Origin: a virus
Reading direction: 5' to 3' (one strand)
IMG/VR virus record: IMGVR_UViG_3300008952_000003
Coordinates: 64,001-128,000 of that record
Length of the DNA stretch: 64,000 nt
How positions within the stretch are numbered: position 1 is the first letter of the stretch; every line of letters begins with the position of its first letter. Below the pieces are notes generated by a model, which was not told the origin of the DNA, did no database searches, and worked only from the letters and a program-made list of their open reading frames with translations. A program made the translations under genes and the position numbers. Below are positions 10,609-19,900 of the stretch, piece by piece.

Positions 10609-10617
10609 TGTTATACT
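10589..10617 (+). promoter_or_regulatory. sigma70-type promoter with extended -10 (primase; likely leaderless)
   Basis: TTGACA 10589-10594, 17-nt spacer, TG at 10609-10610, TATACT 10612-10617; ATG lies 7 nt after the -10. Confidence 0.8.
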
Positions 10618-10623
10618 ATATGT

Positions 10624-11559
10624 ATGAAAGATAAAATATCGATAATAACTGGTATATTGGGCTCATTTCACAAGTCGAATAACGAGTACCTTTTTCGATG
10701 CCCGTATTGCAAAGACCACAAGCACAAATTCTCAGTAAATATTGAGAAGAATGTTTATAAGTGCTGGCTCTGTGATGCTCGTGGTAGGAGTTTGACCCGG
10801 ATTGTTCGCCGGTTCGGCGCCTTTGTGGATGTGGAAGCGTGGAAAGAGCTTTCCGGAGAGAAATTAAATCTCAATGAATTCGACAACTTGTTCGAGGAAG
10901 ACATAGAAGAATCATATCGAGAAAAGGTAATTAGAATACCAGAATCGTTCAAGACTTTGACTTCCGAACATCTTGATAAATTTGGCAAAAAGGCATTAGT
11001 TTATCTTAGCCAGCGAGGGATAAATAAGAGGGATATATTAAGGTGGAAGATGGGGTATTGTACGAGGGGGAAGTATAGGAACAGGATCGTTATACCCTCT
11101 TTTAATGATTCTGGAGATCTAAATTACTTTGTAGCGCGCTCATATACGGACGGGTATATCAGATATATGAACCCTCCAGTGTCAAGAAACATCATATTCA
11201 ATGAGCTATACGTGGATTTCGATAAAGAGGTGACATTAGTTGAGGGGATATTTGATGCCATTAATACCGAGAACTCTATTCCCATTTTGGGTTCATCAAT
11301 AAGGGAAGATTCGAGATTGTTCAAGAAAATAGTAGAAAAAGATACGCCAGTATTGTTAGCGCTGGACCCCGATGCGAAGAGGAAGTCAAATTGGATTAAG
11401 CGATTGTTGTTGAAGTATGGGATAGAAGTAAGAGAATTGAAATATGTCGACGGTCGAGATCTCGGAGAGATGTCCAAAGAAGAAGTTAGAAAATTAAGCG
11501 TTAAAGCGCCGATTGTGGGAGATTATGACAATCTTCTCTCGGCAATAACTGCAATATAG
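10624..11559 (+). CDS. dnaG: DnaG-type DNA primase (Zn finger + TOPRIM)
   Basis: CPYC..H...YKCWLC zinc finger; RIVIP, YFVARS, YMNP; TOPRIM LVEGIFDA and LALDPDA; DLGEM. Confidence 0.9.
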   Translation: MKDKISIITGILGSFHKSNNEYLFRCPYCKDHKHKFSVNIEKNVYKCWLCDARGRSLTRIVRRFGAFVDVEAWKELSGEKLNLNEFDNLFEEDIEESYREKVIRIPESFKTLTSEHLDKFGKKALVYLSQRGINKRDILRWKMGYCTRGKYRNRIVIPSFNDSGDLNYFVARSYTDGYIRYMNPPVSRNIIFNELYVDFDKEVTLVEGIFDAINTENSIPILGSSIREDSRLFKKIVEKDTPVLLALDPDAKRKSNWIKRLLLKYGIEVRELKYVDGRDLGEMSKEEVRKLSVKAPIVGDYDNLLSAITAI

Positions 11560-11570
11560 GAGAGAATATT

Positions 11571-14500
11571 TTGAAGTTTGCGCACATAGCAGATACTCAC
11601 ATTAAGAATCTGAAGTTTCATTATGAGTATAAAATTATATTTCAGGAGCTTTATGACAAGCTCCGTAAGGAGAAGGTCGACTACATTGTTCATTGTGGGG
11701 ATATCGCACACACAAAAACCCAAATAAGCCCAGAATTTGTGGAAATGTGTACAAATTTTTTTAGAAATTTGGCAGATATAGCTCCAACCTACATTATACT
11801 GGGAAATCATGATGGAAACCTCAAGAATGCAAGTCGCCAGGACGCCATTACACCCATTGTGGAGGCTTTAGAAAACCCAAACATATATTTGCTTAAAAAA
11901 TCAGGAGAAGTCCCCCTAGAGGGCGATATAACGCTAAATGTTTTGTCTGTTTTTGACGAAGAGGGATGGATAAAGCCCACAGATAAGGATAAAATTAATA
12001 TAGCCCTTTACCATGGTTCTGTATCCGGCGTTGTAACTGATACAGGCTGGGTGATGACACACGGCGACCACCCTATCGAGATCTTTGAGGAATTTGATTA
12101 TGCGTTTTTGGGAGATATTCACAAAACTGACCAATCAATCGATATGCACGGGAAAATGAGATACCCCGGTTCAACAATTCAGCAAAATCATGGCGAGACA
12201 GATGACAAGGGGTTTTTAATCTGGGAAATTGAAGATAAGGAGAATTTTACGTGTCGACATGTTGAGATTAAGAATCCGAGGCCATTTGTCACGATAAAAT
12301 TGACACCAAAGGGGAAGATGCCAAAAGGGCTCAAAGTTCCCGAGAGAAGTCGCTTGAGGTTAGTATCCGAAAATAATCTTCCTTTGTCAGCTATGACAAG
12401 GGCCCAGGATATTGCGAAGAGAAGATTTAAACCCGAAAGTGTATCCTTTTTAAACCGAGCTTCTGGTATTCGAGGGAGCGTAGAGAATCTTACAAATAGC
12501 CTCGAAGCAGCCGATCTTCGTAATATCAAGATACAAGAATCCCTGATTAAAGAATATTTGAAAGATTACGAACTCGACGATGATTTGATAAAGAGAATCT
12601 TAGATCTGAATTTGAAATATAACAAGATCGCAGAAGAAAATGAAAAAGTCTCTAGAAATATAAACTGGAGCCTCCGTAAGTTGGAGTTTGACAATTTATT
12701 TAACTATGGAGAGAATAATTCGATTGATTTTGACAATCTTGAGGGTATCGTTGGGATTTTTGGAAAGAATTTTTCTGGAAAATCGAGCATAATTGATTCG
12801 CTTCTATATACGGTCTTCAATTCCACTTCAAAAAATGACAGAAAATCGGTAAATGTTATCAATCAGAACAGGGAGAGTGCCGAAGGCCGCGTCCACCTTT
12901 CGGTGGGAGATACAGATTTTCACATAACTAGAAGCTCTGAAAAATATGTGAAAAAACTTAAAGGAGAGGAGACTATTGAGGCGAAGACTCACGCGACTTT
13001 TTTGTCAAAAGATCGAACAACGGGAGAGTCTAAAAATCTTAACGGATTGAGTCGAATCGAGACGGATAAGAACATCAGAAAGATGTTTGGGACCTTGGAT
13101 GATTTTTTATATTCGTCTATGGCTAGTCAATTGGATTCACTAACCTTCATTAAGGAGGGATCTACCAAACGAAAGGAAATTTTGGCAAAGTTTTTGGACT
13201 TAAAATTCTTTGAAACAAAATTTAAGTTAGCCAAGGAGGACGCATCGGATACAAAAGGAGCCCTCAAGAAGCTGGAAGATAGGGATTTTGAAGAGGAGGT
13301 TGTACTATCCAAGGAAGAGTTAGATATCAACAACAGGGAACTGGAGAAGGTCAAGAAAATATCCGAAAAGTATAAGAAAGATATTTCAGATTTTGAAGAA
13401 GAAGCGTATGAAATATCTGAAAAAATAAAATCAGTCCCAACAGAAATCATTGATATAGTAAAGGTTCGAAAAGAATTGAGAGACAAGAAAAAGCAAATGG
13501 TCTCCATTAGGGACCAAAACGAAGAGCACACGAAGAAAAGAGGAGAGTTTAAATATGACTATGAACAGATAGCCTATTTCCTGGAAGAGTTTGACAAGAA
13601 TACACTATATGAAAAACGAGATAAGATCAAGGAACTCGAAGAAGCACTAGGTGCCCTCGAAATCGAACTAGACAGAGAAGAAAGAGACTTATCAGACAAT
13701 CAAAAGAGAGTTCAGTTATTGAATGGGATCCCGTGCGGAACATCTTTTCCCAAGTGTAAGTTTATTCGAGATGCATATATTTCAAAGGCCAACATTCCAG
13801 AAAATGAAAAAAAGCTTCAGCATCTTGGCTCCGAAAAGGAAGATGTAGATTTGAAAATAAAAGATTTGGATCCGACTCTCGTATCTTTTCAAATTGAGAA
13901 ATATAATGACATTGTTGATAGAAAAAACGAACTTTTCAATCTCATAATGAACTGTGATTTGAATATTGAAAAGAATGATTCCATGATAGAGAGCCTCGTT
14001 TTTCAGGTGGATAAACTCGAATCTGAGGTTTCTGTATACGAATTAAACAAAGACTCAATTGAAAATCTGGAAAATTTAAATGACAGAATGGATGAAATAA
14101 AATACAAGAATGAGTCGAGAAAAATAAAACTTGCAGCATTCAATGATCGTATGATGGAGTTATATAAAATAATTGGATCAATGGAACAAAAACTGGAAAA
14201 CGTGGTGATGCAGAAAGAGGAATATACCGATTTGCAGCAAGAATATTCAGCATATGATCTTTATATGAAATGCATGCACCCGAATGGGATAGCTTTTGAT
14301 GTCATAAGAAAAAAATTACCAATCATTAATGAGGAAATCGCTAAAATATTGGCAAATATCGTTGATTTTGAGGTGTTCTTTGAGGATGATGGCAAGAGGT
14401 TAGATATTTTCATTAAGCACCCCCTTTATAATCCGCGCCCCCTAGAGATGGGTTCGGGCGCAGAAAAGACGATTTCCGCCATGGCAATCAGGCTAGCTCT

Positions 14501-14723
14501 CCTTAGCGTGTCTAGTTTGCCAAAGTCGGATATTTTCATCCTGGATGAACCTGGCACGGCACTGGATGAGGAAAATATGCAAGGATTTGTAGACATTCTT
14601 GCAATAATTCGATCATATTTCAAAACAGTGTTGCTAATTTCTCACCTCGATAACTTAAAGGATTGTGTAGACATGCAAATCACAATCGAGAAAGAAAAAG
14701 AGTTCGCTTCGGTCAAGGAGTGA
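11571..14723 (+). CDS. fused Mre11/SbcD nuclease - Rad50/SbcC ATPase (T4 gp47-gp46 equivalent)
   Basis: TTG start with AGGAG RBS; phosphoesterase motifs ADTH, HCGD, GNHD, LYHG, GDIH; Walker A GKNFSGKSS, coiled coil, GSGAE signature, Walker B FILDEP, H-loop LISH, all in one ORF. Confidence 0.92.
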   Translation: MKFAHIADTHIKNLKFHYEYKIIFQELYDKLRKEKVDYIVHCGDIAHTKTQISPEFVEMCTNFFRNLADIAPTYIILGNHDGNLKNASRQDAITPIVEALENPNIYLLKKSGEVPLEGDITLNVLSVFDEEGWIKPTDKDKINIALYHGSVSGVVTDTGWVMTHGDHPIEIFEEFDYAFLGDIHKTDQSIDMHGKMRYPGSTIQQNHGETDDKGFLIWEIEDKENFTCRHVEIKNPRPFVTIKLTPKGKMPKGLKVPERSRLRLVSENNLPLSAMTRAQDIAKRRFKPESVSFLNRASGIRGSVENLTNSLEAADLRNIKIQESLIKEYLKDYELDDDLIKRILDLNLKYNKIAEENEKVSRNINWSLRKLEFDNLFNYGENNSIDFDNLEGIVGIFGKNFSGKSSIIDSLLYTVFNSTSKNDRKSVNVINQNRESAEGRVHLSVGDTDFHITRSSEKYVKKLKGEETIEAKTHATFLSKDRTTGESKNLNGLSRIETDKNIRKMFGTLDDFLYSSMASQLDSLTFIKEGSTKRKEILAKFLDLKFFETKFKLAKEDASDTKGALKKLEDRDFEEEVVLSKEELDINNRELEKVKKISEKYKKDISDFEEEAYEISEKIKSVPTEIIDIVKVRKELRDKKKQMVSIRDQNEEHTKKRGEFKYDYEQIAYFLEEFDKNTLYEKRDKIKELEEALGALEIELDREERDLSDNQKRVQLLNGIPCGTSFPKCKFIRDAYISKANIPENEKKLQHLGSEKEDVDLKIKDLDPTLVSFQIEKYNDIVDRKNELFNLIMNCDLNIEKNDSMIESLVFQVDKLESEVSVYELNKDSIENLENLNDRMDEIKYKNESRKIKLAAFNDRMMELYKIIGSMEQKLENVVMQKEEYTDLQQEYSAYDLYMKCMHPNGIAFDVIRKKLPIINEEIAKILANIVDFEVFFEDDGKRLDIFIKHPLYNPRPLEMGSGAEKTISAMAIRLALLSVSSLPKSDIFILDEPGTALDEENMQGFVDILAIIRSYFKTVLLISHLDNLKDCVDMQITIEKEKEFASVKE

Positions 14724-14732
14724 CTATTTAAT
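14723..14732 (+). promoter_or_regulatory. putative late promoter motif ACTATTTAAT
   Basis: Overlaps the SbcCD stop codon, 50 nt before ATG 14773. Confidence 0.6.
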
Positions 14733-14772
14733 GTTAAAGAACACACACAATCTTGTGGGGGAGAATTAAAGT

Positions 14773-16803
14773 ATGGCTTTGACAGATGGACTAATCGCAA
14801 AATATGAATTTGATAACTTATCGGATGGTATAGGATCTTATGATCTTACTACGTTCGACGGCGCTACTGTTAGTGGAGGTAAATTAAATCTTCCCTCTGC
14901 CGCTGGTGGTGTTTATCCAAGTAGTAAGGTCCCCACCGGGGATCAATTTACTCTTTCTTTGTGGTTCGAAAATCTAAAAGACAGATCGCTAGCGACGGCC
15001 AATTGGCTGCAATTCGATGGCACAAGTACAGGATCCCCCGCTGGCTCAACTGGCACCACTGGGGTTCACTATATAGCGGCTATATATCACGACGATATGT
15101 TGGGCGCGTTCACGCAAGCTGGAGGTTGGGTTAGTTCGGGCTACTCAATGACGAACATTAGTCATTCCGGACTTCACCATTTGGTCGCAATATACGACAA
15201 CGGGACAATAACTTATTATATCGATGGGCAGCAAGCTGGCAATCCAGTTGCGTATTCCCCCGGTGATGGCATTCAGGTTTTTGGATCTTGGGGTACCCAC
15301 TCTTATGCCCCAGCCGACTCTTTAGATGGCATTCGTGTTTATAATAGGGCCATTTCTCTTTCCGAAGTCGGAGAGCTTTATACTACACAGTGGCCATCGC
15401 AGAATACTAAGTACACCAACACTGACAATCCAGAGATAATTTCATCAGCAGCACCAACTGGTGTGATGGGGATGCAAAATACATCTGGGGATAGCGGGTT
15501 TTTCGTCTATTCGGAAAAACCATACACGTTGTGGTTAAGGGATTCTCTGGGCTCCTGGATCGCCCACCAGACATTTACATCAGAGAACCTTGTGACTGCT
15601 ACTACTTTTCAGTGGGGCGTCAATCAGGCAGCTTATTTTCAAACAGCCGAATCATCTCATGATGTTTATGTGATCGGGCGCTCGGGGGCCCTCCTCATCG
15701 ATTCGACTCCTTCTGATGGGAGCAATGCGATTGACTCCATTGTGCTAGATAATGGAACTTCGTTAAGACTATTTGGCGCCTCAAGCACGGTGACCGTAAC
15801 TGAATCGACTCATGCCATTTCGGATGGCTCCCCTGTGACTATTAGTGATGGGTGTGATGCGAGTGTCGTCATCACAGAAGTCGTGAGCGATTATACAGAT
15901 TCACTCTCTTCTAAAATGGCGGCATATTACAAATTTAACGGAAACGCGAATGATTCCAGCAATGACGCTGTTCATGCAACTGCATCTTCTGGCGTTGCGT
16001 GGCAATCCGGCAAGCTGGGGCAAGGCAGTGCTTTCGTGGATAGTACGGCAGTTATAGAGACAAACAACTCGAACTTGCTAGATCTCGGCCCCAATTGGAC
16101 TATCTCAGCCTGGGTCTATGTACCCTCTTCTCAGGCATTTAGTGGTGATAATAACTCGCAAAATAATATGATTATATTTTCTAATGCTGATCAATATGGT
16201 GACTGGACTTATATGTCTGGCGTCAGAATCATGATTCCCAAGCCAGGATACACTGGCGGAGATTATCTTAATCAGCCAAATAGTCTCGCATTCGAATCTG
16301 GATGCGGCACTGGAAACGGCATATACAGTTTCGCATGGTACGCTAGCGCGACTGGAACCAACTCCTTCCCCTATGATCAGTGGGTTCACATTGCGGTAAC
16401 AATGAGAGATCAGGATCAGCCCGGTTGGGGTGGTAATGAAAAACTCTACATTAATGGGACATCAATGCCAACAAACCCGAGAGTTAATCAGCCAGTTCAG
16501 AATCCTCAAGTGTGGGCGACTCCCCCGGAGGTTGTGAGAATCGGAGGCTGGTGGGCAAAATCACAACCGTATGCCCCACAAACCGCTGGAGACATGGATT
16601 TTGATGAGTTGGTCATCTGGAAGAGAGAGTTGTCCGAAGCAGAAATAGCAACACTCTACAACGCAGGAACCGGCACAGAACTTGATACAGCACATGCAAC
16701 GACAGAGACGGTAAGAAATGATTTCACCGTTGAGAAGAATGTGGTTGTAACTGCTCCTGCGGGAGAAGATAGCACCAACATCAAAGTCAAGATCACTAAA
16801 TAA
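14773..16803 (+). CDS. virion protein with two LamG/concanavalin-A-like domains
   Basis: GLIAKYEF..FTLSLWF..HHLVAIY..YYIDG..IRVYNRAISLSEV and AAYYKFNGNAND..WTISAWV..WVHIAVT..LYING..DELVIWKRELSEAEIATLYN. Confidence 0.85.
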   Translation: MALTDGLIAKYEFDNLSDGIGSYDLTTFDGATVSGGKLNLPSAAGGVYPSSKVPTGDQFTLSLWFENLKDRSLATANWLQFDGTSTGSPAGSTGTTGVHYIAAIYHDDMLGAFTQAGGWVSSGYSMTNISHSGLHHLVAIYDNGTITYYIDGQQAGNPVAYSPGDGIQVFGSWGTHSYAPADSLDGIRVYNRAISLSEVGELYTTQWPSQNTKYTNTDNPEIISSAAPTGVMGMQNTSGDSGFFVYSEKPYTLWLRDSLGSWIAHQTFTSENLVTATTFQWGVNQAAYFQTAESSHDVYVIGRSGALLIDSTPSDGSNAIDSIVLDNGTSLRLFGASSTVTVTESTHAISDGSPVTISDGCDASVVITEVVSDYTDSLSSKMAAYYKFNGNANDSSNDAVHATASSGVAWQSGKLGQGSAFVDSTAVIETNNSNLLDLGPNWTISAWVYVPSSQAFSGDNNSQNNMIIFSNADQYGDWTYMSGVRIMIPKPGYTGGDYLNQPNSLAFESGCGTGNGIYSFAWYASATGTNSFPYDQWVHIAVTMRDQDQPGWGGNEKLYINGTSMPTNPRVNQPVQNPQVWATPPEVVRIGGWWAKSQPYAPQTAGDMDFDELVIWKRELSEAEIATLYNAGTGTELDTAHATTETVRNDFTVEKNVVVTAPAGEDSTNIKVKITK

Positions 16804-16888
16804 GAAAATCATGATGATGGGCGGGAATTTTGTCATTACTAACAAGCCAAATTTGTTCTAAAAAAAAACACTTCTCCTGGGTGCCATG

Positions 16889-16898
16889 ACTACTTAAT
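16889..16898 (+). promoter_or_regulatory. putative late promoter motif ACTACTTAAT
   Basis: Intergenic, 58 nt before ATG 16947. Confidence 0.55.
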
Positions 16899-16946
16899 AT
16901 TGAAATAACTCTCTATGGGATCATTCATAGAGGGGGGGGATATAAA

Positions 16947-19900
16947 ATGGCAATTAACGATAACTTGATAGCGTATTATCGCGCTTCTGATTTTACAGAC
17001 GAAAAGGGCACTTACAACAGCACGACCCAGACAAGCGTGACCGTGAGCGCAACTGGTAAGTATGGGGATGGCTGGAGCTTCGATGATAGCGACGAGTCCG
17101 TAATAATTTTGGATTCTACAATCGATTTCGACATGGCACATGTTGCAAGCACGGGATATACCATCTCAATATGGGCAAAGAATCCATATCCTGCTACACC
17201 GGTCCGCGGAAAGACTTCGATATTATCTTCTGACACCAATTCCGTGATGCCTCTTATGATTTATCGCTTCCTGGGTGGTAAAATTCGTCTAGGCTGGAAT
17301 GGAGATGAACCAAATAGCAATTACGGTGGAACTTCATATGCTGAAGATATTATCAATGGCGGCTATTGGGAGAAGCAAGACAGTGATGAAATTTTTAGTG
17401 GCTGGATTCATTTGGCTGTGACCGTTCAAGCCGGCCACGCTAAATATTATATAAATGGCTCTCATGTTGCCACTTTGAGTCACGCCAAGGTTACGCAAGC
17501 TGTCTCGTTCAACCGTATTGGGAACCTAACCAGCTCCTGGTATAGCAAAACCGCCCTTGCAGAGGTGGTAGATGAGGTCGCTGTATGGTCAAGAGCTTTG
17601 ACAGCCTCAGAAATATTGGATGTTTATGGATCAGAGATCAACTCTTTGGTCGCCGGCCCTCCTGCTCCCGCCCCTGTAGCCCTAGCAGAGAAGTCGACCC
17701 TCTCTTCTGAATCTGACACGTCCGCAGTTGGACTCGTTTCACCTACTGGCGATGTGGGATTTTTAAAAGGCTCAGGACAGACAGGAATTATGGTATATTC
17801 AGAGTCACCATATACTATCTGGTTTAAAGATTCGAACGCTACGTGGACTTCTTATCAGACTTTCACAGCGGAGAATTTACTAAAAAATACTACATTTCCG
17901 TGGGGAAATAATGTAGCGGCCTATATTCAGACCTCCGAAGCGACCCACAAAGTCTACATTTATCCAAAAACCGGCGCGTTGCTGTATGATGGTGATCCAA
18001 CTGATGGAATTAATCAGGCAGACACACTATTATCTTCCGACAATACATCAGTGGCCCAAACAATTGCTTCAAAGTGGGATCAGGATACTGGTGGTCACCT
18101 TATTCCCGGCACTAATGATACATTTGATATCGGGTCTCCTGATTATAGAGTCAGGGACATATATCTATCCAATGACTCTCTTTATATAGGTGACGACGTA
18201 AAAATCTCAAACGATAACGGCGTCAAGAAGACCAAAAAGAGAAAGAAAGATCGAATGCCGCAATTACTGCAAGATCTTGGCGTTACGTCCGCTCAGGTTG
18301 CTGCTGCTTTTCCAAACAAGTCGGGCTTTTCAGATATGACGATGGCCAATTGGCTTAATCTTGCCAAGCAGCAAAGTGGAAATCAAAATCTGACACCAAA
18401 AGACTTATTTGATGCAGTGGCAGACTTCGACATAGATCCAGAGTGGAGTGATTATCTAATCGTAGACTCGCCGACTCTTGGAAATCTTGAATTGAAGGGG
18501 TCTGCTGGTCAAAAAATCAAACTATCCGAATTGATAGGAATGCAATCAGATATTGCAGCCATTGACACTTCTGGTATCGCAACAAACGCGACAGCAATTG
18601 CAACAAACGCGACAGATATCCAGGACACCCTTGGTACCATCACTGGGTCTACTCATTTGGGGTTTTTACCCATTCCCGGAGCTTCTTCTAGTGCCCCATT
18701 TGCAAACCTTATAGAATCGGTCTCTATGCATGGGGATGATGGGGATATAAAGTGGTTTGACGAGGGAGCATTGACTTGGAAGTCTCATATCAGATCTGGT
18801 GAAAATGATGGGGAGACCTACATCGATATATCGCCACAAGTGTTCGGGTCTCCATCGGCCATATGGTTGGGCCAAGGCGCAGATCAATGTACCACCTCTG
18901 TTCGTGGTGATCTGAGAGTAGCAGGCACAATTAAGCCTTACGCGGGCACGAACCACGATTTGGGATCCCCCACTTCCCCTTTTAGAGACTTATATCTTTC
19001 TGATAACTCTTTGTGGGTCGGAGATTCCAAGTTGGACTCCACCACCGGAAAAATCAGAAAGAGGAACAGAAAAAAGGATAAGGTACCAAAATGGTTGTCA
19101 GATCGAGGTGTGACACCTGCCGACGCACAAGCTGCCTTTCCTGGTTATTCGAACATATCGCAGATGACAATGGCAAACTGGATGACAATGGCTAAACAAC
19201 AGTCTGGAGGAGAAGATGCCACCCCAAATGACGTTTTCGGAGCCAGCGAGGACTTCGACATTGATAAAGACTGGGAAGATTATCTCGTTGTCGATGATCC
19301 GGAAATAGGAGACCTCACACTCAAGGGATCCACGGGCATCCCGGCTGTGTTTACTTCGCGACCCGGCGCCGCCCCCTACTACGGAGATGGCTCCCTACGC
19401 TATCTTGATCTTCGAGTTTCGGATATTCAAGCCGAACATCTTGAATTCAAGCAAAACGGCAAAGGGATTATGTGGCGGGATTCTAATGAGGTTCAGCAGT
19501 GGTTACTCATGCACCAAAGCGCCGACGGCGTAGCCCCCACACTCAAACTCTCAGTGGCCACCGCCGCCTCCCGCGACGAAACTGGGCGCACACCGCATTT
19601 AAAATTGATAGCTGGCCGATCTGGCCATGACGATAGCGTTTTGACACTAAGGGCACACCAAGTGGTTGTTGAGGATAATCTTGGCGACAATGCTCTTGAT
19701 TTGCGCGAAGAGTTGCCAAAGATTGCAACAAATACAGCAGCAATCGCAGCAATCGCAGCAATTGATACTTCTGGTATTGCAACAAATACAGCAGCAATCG
19801 CAGCAATTGATACTTCTGGTATTGCAACAAATACTTCTGATATTACAACAATCAACGATAATAAATATATATTTGATGGCGCAGATGCAAACACAATACA

